Made by a program: the position numbers and the translations under genes. Below the pieces are notes generated by a model. That model did no database searches. It was given only the letters and a program-made list of their open reading frames with translations, and was not told the DNA's origin. Source: Octopus vulgaris (Eukaryota). From it: DNA of 64,000 nucleotides. The DNA is taken from the NCBI GenBank assembly GCA_951406725.2, contig OX597824.1:77624001-77688000 (forward strand), given 5' to 3'. Shown here one piece after another: positions 41,160 through 54,440 of the stretch (the stretch's first letter is position 1; every line of letters starts with the position of its first letter).

Positions 41160-42950
41160 CTAGAGGCAAAAAGGCTGAAATGTTGGTAGGATGAGTAAGT
41201 CAATTAAATCGACCACAATGTTCAACTGGTACTTGTTTTATCGATCTCGTCCGGATGAACGGTGAAGTCGACCTTGGCAGAATTTGAACTCGCTATCCGG
41301 CGTGCTAATGATTCCGCCAGCTCACTTCTTTAATGGCTGTAATAATGATTTCAAGTTTTTGCTACAAGGTCAGCTTGGGGGAGGGGATTAAGTCGATGAC
41401 ATCGACCCCAGGGTATAACTGATATGTATTAAATCGATTCCGAAAGGATGAAAGCCAAAGTCGACTTCAGCGGAATTTGAACTCAGAACGTAACGGCGGA
41501 CGAAATACCTATTTCTTTACTGTCCACAAGGGGCTAAACACAGAGAGGACAAACAAGGACAGACAAACGAATTAAGTCGATCATATCGACCCCAGTGCGT
41601 AACTGGTACTTATCTAATCGACCCCGAAAGGATGGAAGGCAAAGTCGACCTCGGCCGAATTTGAACTCAGAACGTAACAGCAGACGAAATACCTATTTCT
41701 TTATTACCCACAAGGGGCTAAACACAGAGGGAACAAACAAGGACAGACATAGGTATTAAGTCGATTACATCGACTCCAGTTCGTAACTGGTACTTAATTT
41801 ATCGACCCCGAAAGGATGAAAGGCAAAGTCGACCTCGGCGGAATTTGAACTCAGAACGTAACAGCAGACGAAATACCGCTGAGCGTTTCGCCCGGCGTGC
41901 TAACAATTCTTTGTCTACACCATGCACAAGGCCCGAAATCTTTGACTGGTGAGGGGACCAGTCGAGTAGATCGACCCCAGTCGCATCTGTACTTAATTTA
42001 TCGACCCCGAAAGGATGAAAAGCAAAGTCGACCTCGGCGGAATTTGAACTCAGAACGTGAAGGCAGACGAAATACTGCTAACCATTTTGCCCGGCGTGCT
42101 AACGTTTCTGGCCGATCGTTGCATTAATATTCTTTTCTATTCTAGGCACAAGACCCGAAATTTTGGGGTAGAGGGAGCAGTCGATTAGATCGACCACGGA
42201 TTAAGTCGATTACACTGACCCCAGTGCGTAACTGGTACTTATTTAATCGACCCCGAAAAGATGAAAGGCAAAGTCGACCTCAGCGGAATTTGAACTCACA
42301 ACGTTGCGCCAGACAAAATACCGCTAAGCATTTCGCCCGGCACGCTAACGTTTCTGCCGGCCCGCCGCCTTCCTAATGGCTGTAATAATGATGATAAATG
42401 TTTCGAATTTCTGGCAGAAAAAGCCAGTAATGTTAGGGAAATAAGCGGGGTGAGTATGTTTATAACTCTGATCTCAGTATTTGATGCCGAAAGGAAGAAA
42501 GGTAATGGTGACCTTGGCGGAATTTGAACACAAGTTATAAAGCGGGAAGGAATGCTACTTTGCACGTTGTCCAGTTTGCTAACGATTCTGCCAGCTGAGT
42601 TCTTTTTAATTTGGGTACAAGGCAACACATTTTTAGGAAGTAGGCCAGCCGATTGCATCGACTCCCCCACCACTTACTCACAAAACTAGATTAGTACTAC
42701 ATTTTATGGACATTGAAAGCATAAAATCTAAAATTGGCTCCTGACCAATTAGAGCTCAGAACGTAAAACGTGGGAAGAAATGACGTTCTAACGATGCTGT
42801 CATTTTGCAGAATAATTGTTTGTAGTATAAGCATAAAGCCTCACATTTTATTGGGAGAGAGCGTTAGTTGATTAAGTCGATTGCAATACGTGACAGCTGC
42901 CATCTTTTATCGAGCATGAAGGGATGAGAGAAGACAAAGTTGACCACGGA
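41160..42950 (-). mobile_element. Co-oriented cluster of about 8 SINE family O units, including head-to-tail multimers
   Basis: Repeated gaaaggatgaaaggcaaagtcgacctcggcggaatttgaactcagaacgt; junctions at cgaaatacc|tatttcttta. Confidence 0.88.
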
Positions 42951-43089
42951 ATCATCTTACAAGCATTATTTGGGACTACCAAGCCCTCAGAAACAGCTGT
43001 TGGATTCGTAAAATTCCTACTCAACCCCCTTAATTCCAGATATCATTGATATTCTGTGTAAGTCGGACTTTATACATATCTCTCTCTTT

Positions 43090-45683
43090 CTCTCTTTTAC
43101 TTATTTCAGTCATTTGACTGCGGCCATGCTGGAACACCGCCTTTAGTCGAGCAAATCGACCCCGGGACTTATTCTTTGTAAGCCCAGTACTTATTCTATC
43201 GGTCGTCTCTTTTGCCGAACCGCTAAGTAACGGGAACATAAACACACCAGTAATGTATTTATGCTAGGGAGACAAACACAGACACACAAACATACACACA
43301 CACACACACATATATATATACATATATACGACAGGCTTCTTTCAGTTTCCGTCTACCAAATCCACTCACAAGGCATTGGTCGGCCCGGGGATATAGCAGA
43401 AGACACTTGCCCAAGATGCCACGCAGTGGACTGAACCCGGAACCATGTGGTTGGTTAGCAAGCTACTTTATTTCAAAACATTTGCCATAAAGGCAGTACA
43501 CAGATTAAGTTAGCTTTGCGGGCTGGACGAGGACATTAATGAGGTGAATGATAATGAAAGAAAGATGATAAGGATGGGAGAAGACAAAAAGCGCCCGCCG
43601 ACTTTCGCTTCTCTAAAACATTGTTCTTTTTAAAGATAAACACAAAACGAGGTATTAAACCTCTTACAATTTTTAATACAAAACAATTTTTGGACTTAAG
43701 TCCATTACTAATAATAACAGTTCAATAATTACATATCGTCCTCGAAATAGCTTGTGCCCGCGCCCTCCACCATCAACCACGCCTCCCTCAGAACGTAATC
43801 AAGTTCCGAGTTCGCGTCGCCCGTTATAATCTTCATTGAGCTCCTTTAGCCCAAGCGTCACGTCGAACGCCACGGCCTCCACAGCTACCTGCGGAGGCCA
43901 TTCGGGGTCCTGTGTGAAGGCTAAAGGTTCTCCCTTGTAGTGCTCTTCCATCACTTTTTCAATTTCTCCTCCTCTATAGAAGAGGACCAATACGCTCAAT
44001 TCTTTCGTTGGCGGCACAGTTCCCGCCAACGGTATTCCTTCTCCTGTCGGTGGCACAACCCCAACCGACGTAGTTCCGGGACATTCCGGTGCTACACTGA
44101 CAGCCGGTAATGTCCCGTTTTTCTTCCTCTTTTTCTTTTTTTTCCCTTTTCAACTGAGGGAGGGTGCGTCTCCTCCGTGGCTGGAAAATTCGCCTTCCTC
44201 TCCTCATCACTATTATCCTTTGGTGAGCACCCATTGTTGCTCACCTTCCTCTTTCGGCCTCTGTTTGAGGAGTCCTCTGCTTTCTCGGCCGTTATCGTTC
44301 CCTCTTCTAGAGGGGTTTTATTTAACTGTTCCGGGATCCTATTTTGTTCCCGAGGACAGTTCTTCTTTATGTGGCCGGACTCCAAGCACCGATGACACTT
44401 AGGGGGCGACCCTCAAGCATCACCGGGTACCTGCACCCGGCCATTTTCAAAAAATCTGGAAGAACCAGATTGGCTGATTGGGTCCACAGGGTCAAGATTG
44501 CTTTTGACCCAACCCAAGCAGCCGCAAGAAGAACTTTTACATTGAGGAGCTTAGTTTCGCTGTCACCCAGACCCCGGCGGATAGTCTCCTTTATCCACTC
44601 GAGTTCTATGTCGGGTGGCAGTCCGCAAATCCAAGCTTTCATCAATTTCTTTTTTTTGTACGTGGGCAGGAATAAGATTTCCTTACCCTCCAGGGGTTTG
44701 CTAGCAAATTTGCAAGCCTCTTCAGGGGTGTCAAATAGCAACCACACCGTTGCATATTTGACACCCCTGGAAATGAATTTAATTGTTGGCAAATACTCTT
44801 CCAACTCCTTTTCAATTGCCGTCTTTTCGAATAGGGCGATTGTGTCGAGTACCTTGGAGTAGGTTCTCAACACCACCATCCTATCTTCACGGTCTTTTAA
44901 CCACTTTTTAGGTGGTATGATTTCCCACTCCAAAATTTTGTTATTTTTCATTGCCATGTTTTTTTTTAAATATATTCAAATTAAACTCAATAAGCAGGAA
45001 GAAAAAAGTTCAAAAGTCCAAATAAAATTTGATAGATTTTTGAAAAAACAAAAAGGAGAAAGCACAACAGAAGGGAAGAAATTAACGGAAAGTCGCAATA
45101 AAGAAAAAAAAACAAAAATGAAGTTCAAAAGAAAGTTAATAAACAGAAAAAACACAGCAAAAATATTCTGGCCTTGCGGTACTCCCGGCCTGGGTTGAAC
45201 CTGGAACGCCGCAACTGCAACACAACCTCCACAAAAATGGGTCCGAAAGGCAATCCAATAGTGGCTTATTTTTATAATTTTCTTGCGAAGTACTCTGACA
45301 AGGGAATAAATTCAACAAACCCAAACACAGCACTGGCTACCGCCAACGGTAATTTTAACAGTAACTGTATTGAATTCTGAGGATACGCCCCTCCACTGTT
45401 TTTTCTTTTTTTGTTTTTTTCAATGAACACAAAAACGGCAGCCGCCGAGAGCAGGCGATATTGTCTCAGAGTTGGACACAACTTACTGAAATAATAATTG
45501 ACACGCAATAAATTATACCCAACTCACAATAAACAAAATCACTTACCTCGACAACTTTCCGTTTTTGGTCTTTTTTCTTTAATTGGACAGAGCTGGTTGA
45601 CTCGCGTCCACTCTGGCTGAACAGGAAGCAACTGACTAACTGCGCATGTGCGTTAGCAAGCTACTTACCACACAGCCACTCCT
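43090..45683 (-). mobile_element. SINE family B split by the 43469-45651 insertion
   Basis: Body 43090-43468; head continues at 45652-45683. Confidence 0.88.
43469..45651 (-). mobile_element. ORF1-only (gag-like, CCHC) L1/Tx1-type non-autonomous retroelement with 15-bp TSD
   Basis: TSD gttagcaagctactt at 43454-43468 and 45652-45666; ORF from 44957 frameshifts near 44403 into KCHRCLESGHIKKNCP (CX2CX4HX4C); no RT or endonuclease motifs; ends at aataaa. Confidence 0.8.
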
Positions 45684-45829
45684 ATTTACGTTTTTTGCTT
45701 TAAATGTATTTAATATTCTTTTCATAACGACTTGCCTCGCTTGTTCCTACATTTACTTCTCTACCAGCGCAAGTTCCTATTTCTTGAGCACTACGAAGTG
45801 CATACTATACTGAGAACACCTTTCTCTAA

Positions 45830-45912
<83 letters not shown>

Positions 45913-45931
45913 ATCTATATACATACATACA

Positions 45932-45967
<36 letters not shown>

Positions 45968-46175
45968 TAGGTATTTAAATAGACAAATGAATTATCTTAT
46001 TACGGATAATTCGAAAGATAACCGATACCTGGGTAGCAAACTCACAACAGAAAAAGCTGCATAATGGACTCCTTATTCATTCGGAATTAGGGATTTTGCA
46101 GACTTCGAAACATATGTCGAAAATAAAATAAAGGAATTTTGTTAAATCTTCGTTCAGCTCCATTCTTTCCTATAC

Positions 46176-46267
<92 letters not shown>

Positions 46268-46295
46268 TATAAAATAAAAATTAAAAAAATATATA

Positions 46296-46512
46296 TGGCC
46301 TAGTGGTTAGGGCAGCGGACTTGCGGTCGGAGGATCGCGGTTTCGATTCCCAGACCGGGCGTTGTGTGTGTTTATTGAGCGAAAAACACCTAAAAGCTCC
46401 ACGAGGCTCCGGCAGGAGGTGGTGATCCCTGCTGTACTCAAAAGGCGGTGCTCCAGCATGGCCGCAGTCAAATGACTGAAACAAGTACAAAAAAAAAAAA
46501 AAAAAAAAAAAA
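46296..46512 (+). mobile_element. Chimeric SINE: family A tRNA head fused to family B tail plus poly(A)
   Basis: ..ccctgctgtactc|aaaaggcggtgctccagcatggccgcagtc..A24. Confidence 0.85.
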
Positions 46513-46626
46513 ATATGTAAGTTTAATTAAATGTTACAAACCTCCTGAAGGGATAATAAAATGCATTTAATATTCCACTGTAAGGTAATTGGATAAACCG
46601 GTGTTTATATTTTAAGAAAAAAGAGG

Positions 46627-46926
46627 TAATTAAATTGATTATTTATTAATTACAAAATTGGACATCATCTCCGACAGCTGTTTCGATTCAAGATTTTAGA
46701 AATTAATTAGTATAATTAAAAACATTTGAAAGTTAAATCTCATTGGAGGTGGAAAAAGATATACCCTTACATTTTCATATTGTTGTGTGCTGCGTGTAGG
46801 CAGCGCCCTACACCTCCGATGAGATTCAAAAATATTTTTAATTATAATTAATTTCGGAAGTCTTGAATAGAATCAGCTGTCAGAGATTATGACCAATTTT
46901 ATTAATAATAATTATCAATTTAATTA
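46627..46926. mobile_element. Diverged fold-back HHR element
   Basis: Arms 46627-46750 and 46812-46926; consensus CCGATGA gattcaa..ttgaatc GAAA cagctg TC; each arm has a different core lesion. Confidence 0.72.
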
Positions 46927-46938
46927 TCTCTATTTTCT

Positions 46939-47025
<87 letters not shown>

Positions 47026-47096
47026 GTCTGTCTATCTATTTGTCTGTCTATCTGTGTGTGTGTGTGTGTAGGTGTGTGTGTGTATGCATGTGTGCG

Positions 47097-47315
47097 TGTG
47101 ACAATTAGTTGGTTGTCATAATAAAACTGATAGTTACGGATGCCGGGGCTGAGGCCTGCTCCGGCATTTCATCTGTTGTTTGTCTTAATAACTGATGAGA
47201 TGCCGGAGCAGGCTTCAGCCCCGGCATCCGAAAATCTGAGTTTTATTACGACAACCAGCTAATTGTCACATATTTATAGATAAATTCCTCTGTTTACATA
47301 ACATCGAGATCTCAT
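47097..47315. mobile_element. Fold-back HHR element; intact core at 47186-47248 (+)
   Basis: taataa CTGATGA gatgccgg-agcaggcttcagcc-ccggcatc c GAAA atctgag TT ttatta; decayed mirror copy 47097-47177. Confidence 0.8.
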
Positions 47316-47442
47316 TCATTACCATTAATATACATACATACACACACATACACACACACATACCCACACATATATATATACACATATATATCTTTATATA
47401 TATATATGTACATGTATATTTAGATATATACATATATATGTG

Positions 47443-47483
<41 letters not shown>

Positions 47484-48169
47484 TTATACGTATATGTACA
47501 TGTATATTTAAATATATACATACATATGTATATGTACACATATTTACATATATATGCATTTTTATACATATACTCATACATATATACGTATACACACGCA
47601 CACACACAAACTCTCTCTCTCTCTCATATACATATGTATACATACATTTACATATGTGTATATATTATATTATTAATTCAATAGTTACATTAAGAAAATA
47701 GTTGCATTTCTTAGAAAAAAATTAACCAGTAAATACCTTGCAGTAACGGAAGGTATTCAGTTCTAGTTTAATGCTCAACTGCACATCTTGAAAGGAAATG
47801 GTAATTTTAACGAACACTATGTTTAAACATCTAAGACATCAACTGTATATTATTTTCATGTTTCTTGTATAAGAATTACAACAGAGAAAACATGAATAAA
47901 ATATCGTTTTCATCATCAGTACCAAACTGATGCGTTGGGAAGTAATTAACAGATATAATTTGAACTGTGATACATCCTAATGAAAACATCCAGTCTTCGG
48001 CAGTTTGATAGTGTGATTTATGAATTATCATATGTATATAATAAAATAATATTTTGTCTGAATCCTACAATCGTTGCTAGAATTTATTTATTTATTTTTT
48101 TAATTTGAAGGTTCGACAGGATGAGTTTTCCACCAGAAATAGCAGCCAAATCTGCATTAAGATACAGGA

Positions 48170-48589
48170 TACTCTTTTACTCTTTTACTTGTTTCAGTCA
48201 TTTGACTGTGGCCATGCTGGAGCACCGCCTTTAGTCGAGCAAATCGACCACTGGACTTATTCTTTGTAAGCCTAGTACTTATTCTATCGGTCATCTTTTG
48301 CCGAACCGCTAAGTTACGGCGACGCAAACACACCAGTATCGGTTGTCAAGCGATGCTAGTGACAAACACGGACACGCAAACATACACACACACACACTCA
48401 AATACACACATATATATGCATATATTTTACGGGCTTCTTTCAGTTTCCGTCTACCAAATCCAATCACAAGGCTTTGGTCGGCCCGAGGCTATAGCAGAAG
48501 TCACTTACCCAAGGTGCCACGCAATTGGACTGAACCCGGAACCATGTGGTTCGTAAGCAACCTACATACCACACAGCCACTCCTGCGCC
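48170..48589 (-). mobile_element. SINE family B
   Basis: Full-length match. Confidence 0.87.
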
Positions 48590-48763
48590 TATTTAAATAA
48601 TGTTTGAATGTTGGGGAGAAGTGGGTTCGTATGTACAAATCGTTTGGAAAAAATGTTGGTCATAGGCAGAATATACTTTTCCTCATAAGTAAATTCCACC
48701 AGGAGCCAAGTACGTAATGAGATGAAGAACAGTGTCAAGAAAAAAAACTAAACATCAGCAGTA

Positions 48764-48907
48764 CCATCACAAACATCATCGTCGTCGTCGTCGTCATCAT
48801 CATCCTCTCCGTCATCATAATCATCATTATCATCAATTATCATAATCATCATAATCATCAATTATCGTCATCATTATAATCATCATCATCATCATCTTCA
48901 TCATCAC

Positions 48908-48969
<62 letters not shown>

Positions 48970-49064
48970 CCATCATCATTATCTCCGTCATCATCTGCAT
49001 ATCATCATGGTCTCCATCATCTGCATATCATCATTATCTCCATCATTATCATCATCATCATCAT
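48764..49064. repeat. (CAT)n imperfect microsatellite
   Basis: Direct reading. Confidence 0.92.
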
Positions 49065-49569
49065 TAAAAGCAGAAAAAATATTAAAATAATAAACACCGA
49101 GTAGGCGTGTTGTTTTATACACGACGTTTTATTTTTACAGTTCACTTCATATTTCAAAGTTTTCCAGTTCAAGATTATAAGAAATTCGGTGAAGCTGAAA
49201 TATTATTAAAAAACAAAAAAAATTGTAAAAATTTATTAAATGGCTTTCATTAATTTACACCTTCTTGTGCATACATGCATACGTACATACATGCCCACTC
49301 GTGTGCGTGTGCACAAGCAGACATATCGTTTATAGTCGTCCATGCGTTTGTTCTTTCGTTTGTTCTTTGAGGAAACCTGGTTTGAAATTCCCTTTCCATT
49401 CTTTCGTGGTGGTATCCCGATGATCTGAAAAGTATGGTCCCTTGCTGAAGTATTTCTAAGCCTACCGTCGTCATTTGTGAGTGTGTGAGTGTATGTGTGT
49501 GTATTTGTGTGTGTGTGTAAATTGTTATTTCTAAACCTTTGAGCGAGAAACATCCAGTAACAATACTCT

Positions 49570-49804
49570 AGAGTAGAGATTATTTGCCAACATAATGTGA
49601 CAGTCCTGGTTAGGACGAATTTTACTGCTATTTAGCCCCAGAAAATATCGTCGCCAGCTGGCTACCTAAGCCCTATCTGCCCCGTTATTCGACGCCGATA
49701 GTGTATTGATAACAAGATCGAGACGACGTTTCCTGGGGCTAAATAACAGTAACATTCGTCCTAACCAAGACTGCCAGATTATGTTGGCAAATAATCTTTA
49801 CTCT
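49570..49804. repeat. MITE-like inverted repeat, ~85-bp arms
   Basis: agagtagagattatttgccaacataat.. / ..attatgttggcaaataatctttactct; related sequence at 62910-62995. Confidence 0.78.
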
Positions 49805-50890
49805 CTCTCCCCCTCCCCCCTATACCTCTCATCGGATCTCCAGGAATCAAACTTTCTTCAATACGGATAACCTCACACCCTCATTTTTATCTTCACTCTC
49901 TGGAAAAAACTTTTTAATAACCTGATATATGACTGTGTAATACTAATTGAACTCTTAGAAACCAATATGTTATCTAAATTCTCATTTTTATAGAATTTTC
50001 CATGATGTTTCATAAGTGTAACATTACCCCCTTTGATGTTTGGGAATCTCGGATGTTTTTTCGGCTGATGTGTACGAGCCACCTATATTTACTGCAATTT
50101 TTGTAGCTTTATTAAAGATGTCCTCGTACGAAGCAATTGTACCGATATATTGATCCATTCTTGTTGCTTTTTTCCTATTTGTAATCACCCCACTTTGTCG
50201 TATGGTTAACACCATATAGATTTCCGGTGCATCCTAGTTAAGGACCATAATTCATGTGAATTCATTGGAACTCACTTGAATCTCAATTGCTTAAACCGTA
50301 TCAGACCTTATACCCCACTTGACCTGTCCCTTTCCCTCTCTTGCTTCTCTCTTCATCTGTCCCTTTCTCCTTTTTGTGCTCACGTGACCAGCCAGCTACT
50401 ACTGCCTTTTCGCATCAAGTAGTTAGTGTGACAACACGTATTTGTTTGTGCTCCGTTTGCCTTCAGGCACTTGTTCCACAGCCAGCCTATACTCAACTCG
50501 TCCTGTCGAAAGACGTTTGTCCTGACGTCCTGGTTTTGTTATTATTGTTTTTACGTTATTTTGTATTCTTATCCGTGCTATCGTTATTGTTTTTACGTAT
50601 TTTTGAATGTTTTTCGAGTAACATCGTCCGTTTTTCCGTCACCGTGTTGTATACTTTCGAGGTTTTCTTCCAAGGAATCTAATGCGATTGGCTTAGATTT
50701 CCCTTGGCGGGCTGCCCAGATTGGAGCAATCTCAAGATTAATCAGCCGAAATTGCGAAGATGATCTGGTTCTTGACTGATGACTGAGAGCTTCTGTGTGT
50801 TTTTTTGTCTGTGTGTTTTTTTGTCGTCTTCAAAATGTTTCACGTTCTTGTCCCAGTTTGTGTTGTTTTTTTTTTGTTTTTTTAACGTTT

Positions 50891-50937
<47 letters not shown>

Positions 50938-50944
50938 CATATAT

Positions 50945-51190
50945 CTTTTACTCTCTTACTTGTTTCAGTCATTTGACTGCGGCCACGTTGGAGCACCGCC
51001 TTTAGTCGAGCAAATCGATCCCAGGACTTATTCTTTGTAAGCCTAGTGCTTATTCTATTGGTCCCTTTTGCCGAACTGCGAAGTTACGGGGACGTACACA
51101 CACCAGCATCGGTTGTCAAGCGATGCTGGGGGGACAAACACAGACACACAAACATACACACACACACACACATACACACACACACACACA

Positions 51191-51237
<47 letters not shown>

Positions 51238-51401
51238 GATACGACGGGCTTCTTTCAGTTTCCGTCTACCAAATCAACTCACAAGACTTTGGTTAGCCTC
51301 AGGCTTTAGTAGAAGACACTTGGCTAAGGTGTCACGAGGTGGGACACTGAACCCAGAACCATGTGGTTGATAAGCAAGCTACTTACCACACACCCACTCC
51401 T
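50945..51401 (-). mobile_element. SINE family B
   Basis: Full-length match; older fragments follow at 51410-51735. Confidence 0.85.
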
Positions 51402-51784
51402 ACACATATATAGCACGTGGTTTCGAGTTTAATCCCACAGGGTAGTACCTTGAGCATTTCGTCTACTATAGATTCAGGACGACAGAATCCTTGTTAATCG
51501 GTTTGGGAGAGGGAAACTGAAAGAAGTCCATCGTATATATCTTTTGCCTTTTTTTTCTTGTACCCCTTTCCGTTATTAGACTATGGTCATGCTGGAGCAA
51601 CGACTTGAAGAAATTTTAGTCGTATGAATTGACCCCAGTACCTTTTTGTCTAAGCCAGGTACTTATTCTATTGAACTCTTTTTGCCGAACCGCTAGAACG
51701 GGGACGTAATGCATATCATCACCGGTTGTCAAACAGACATAAATGGAGACAGACACAGGCACACATGGATGCATATATATATAT

Positions 51785-51815
<31 letters not shown>

Positions 51816-51822
<7 letters not shown>

Positions 51823-52103
51823 ATCACGTGACCGACCAGTCCATCAGATGTAGTTACACATCGCTGGTCACGATGCGTTCGCATTGTTTTAGCCTTCGAA
51901 TGACGCCACCCCGCTGGCTAAGCGAGCAGGCCAATAGAAGAAAGAGTGGGAGAAAGAGTGGTGAAAAAGTACAGCAGGGATCACTACCCCCTGCTGGAGC
52001 CTCGTGGAGCTTTTAGGTGTTTTCGCTCAATAAACACTCACAACGCCTGGTCTGGAAATCGAGACCGCGAGTCCGCTGCCCTAACCACTGGGCCATTGAG
52101 CCT

Positions 52104-52105
<2 letters not shown>
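51816..52105 (-). mobile_element. SINE family A with RTE-type tail
   Basis: Reverse complement of 56881-57183. Confidence 0.88.
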
Positions 52106-52173
<68 letters not shown>

Positions 52174-53511
52174 GATGAGCTTCTTTCAGCTTCCATCTAC
52201 CAAATCTATTCACAAGGCTCTGGTCGACCCGAGGCTACGCTAGAAGACACCTGCCCAAGGTCCCACGCAATGGGACTGAACTCGGAACTATGTTGTTCTT
52301 ACCACACATCCACACCTGCGCCTGTGTGTGTGTGTGTACAGTAATAACTTTAAGTCGTGGGATATTGAAAGCATAGCCATGTTTTGTACATTCTAGGTTT
52401 CATCCCTTGTTATGGGAGCTAGCTTTCTGAAGCTTACTCTCAAAATTTTTGTCATCCTTCTCGGGGCCCCGATAATAATTGTTTGGATCATAATCCCGTT
52501 ATTTCTTTCGCCATGTTTGCTTTCGCCTTAGAATGAAATGAGAATGCTTGTTCCTATCCTCAGCCACAATATTCCTCATGCTGTTTTATATTCACATTTT
52601 GGCTCGTATGAGAAAGTCCCATAACAGCCTCACTTTATCATACTTGATTCATTTAATTTCTGTTCCCCGTAGTCTTATGTGAATAATACGCTAAACCTAT
52701 TATAAAGAAATTAATTATCGCAACAATTTTACTATATGTATACATCATGCCCTCATATTGATTTGACCTTGAGCATTCTCGTATAATGTGATTATAGACT
52801 CGTGTTTCGTCACACGGGAATTGAGCAAAGCTACCTCATAAGCAGAATGTGAAATTGCATAAAAATTTTAATCAAATATAGTTATTTAGTGTTTTCTTTA
52901 ATATGTTCGTGTACATTCAGATACGGGAAAGCAATACGAGACAATACGTAACACAAGTTGTCTCAAGAGAAGAAATTCTCCTTATAAATAGTGTGGACGG
53001 GAACACACCACAAGGCTATGGGTGACGTCTTCGGATCGTATTACGTATGCGTTTCTGCGCCGTTAGGCTTCATAATATGTGACGTCATTCATAGCCTAGT
53101 GATTTGTTTACACCCATACTGCCTATGAGGAGAATATTTTCTCTCGAGACATCTTGTACAGCGTATTGTCTTTCCATATCCGAATGTACACGAACGTGTT
53201 TAATAAGACTGTATATAACTATGCCCCATTCAACACTGCCTAGGAAACCTTTAATTGATAAAAATTGATTACGAAGGAAAATAAATATCAGAAACAAACT
53301 TATAATGCAACAGTTATTGAAGATTGCTGTTAATAATAGCAAGTAATATTAAGAAGCTTTCCATCATTGAAAATCCATTCCTTGAATCGGCTACGTTTTG
53401 TTATACAAGTATCTGATGGGATGGCCACGGAGATCAGCAAGACACAGCTCACCATGAAGCTCCTACGTACAAGGATACACAGAAGTATTACAGAGTATCA
53501 CCGCATTGGTT

Positions 53512-53926
53512 ATGAGCTGGCAGAACCGTTAGCACGCCGGGCGAAATACTTAGCGGTATTTCGCTTGCCGCTACGTTCTGAGTTCAAATTCCGCCGAGGT
53601 AGACTTTGCCTTTCATCCTTTCAGGGTTGATTAAATAAATAAGTACCAGTTACGCACTGGGGTCGACGTAATCGACTTAATACCTATGTCTGTCCTTGTT
53701 TGTCCCCTCTGTGTTTAGCCCCTTGTGGGTAATAAAGAAATAGGTATTTCGTTTGCCGCTACGTTCTGAGTTCAAATTCCGCCGAGGTCGACTTTGCCTT
53801 TCATCCTTTCGGGGTCGATAAATTAAGTACCAGTTACGCACTGGGGTCGATATAATCGACTTACTCCGTTTGTCTGTCCTTGTTTGTCTTCTCTGTTTAG
53901 CCCCTAGTGGGAGGTAAAGAAATAGG
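53512..53926 (+). mobile_element. SINE family O dimer
   Basis: Two units joined at aaagaaata|ggtatttcg. Confidence 0.88.
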
Positions 53927-54089
53927 TTATTGAATATAACTCATACACATTATTCCGGCCGAGTGTAATGAATAGCCTGTGCGAAACCGACGGTAACAGC
54001 CTGATCAGTTACAAAGCTATATCACTATACTACTTGAGGCAATGCACAAAACTTTCGGCCCTGGTGTCACTCTGTTACTTCTGTCGATT

Positions 54090-54440
54090 CATACATACAT
54101 ACATACATACATACATACATACATACATACATAGATACGTACATACGTACTTATACACACACACACACATACATACATACATACATACATGCATACACAC
54201 ATACATACATAGATACGTACATACATGCATACATTCGTATATATACACACACACATGCATACATACATACATGCATACATACATGCTTACATAGATACAT
54301 ACACACATACATATATACATGCATACGCACATACTTACATACATGCATACATGCATACACACACATACCCACACGCACACACATATATACGTATATATAG
54401 ATATGTGTCTATATGTGTAAGTATACATACACACATACAT
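54090..54440. repeat. (TACA)n-rich microsatellite
   Basis: Direct reading. Confidence 0.9.

Noticed and set aside
41380-42370. CRISPR-like or satellite array
   Set aside because: Units are SINE copies without unique spacers; eukaryotic context
46100-46125. cGAAAcatatgTC hammerhead 3' half (similarly gaaacagctgtt at 42990)
   Set aside because: No matching CTGAnGA or stem II found upstream
48764-49064. Poly-His coding exon
   Set aside because: Imperfect (CAT)n with no supporting ORF or splice context
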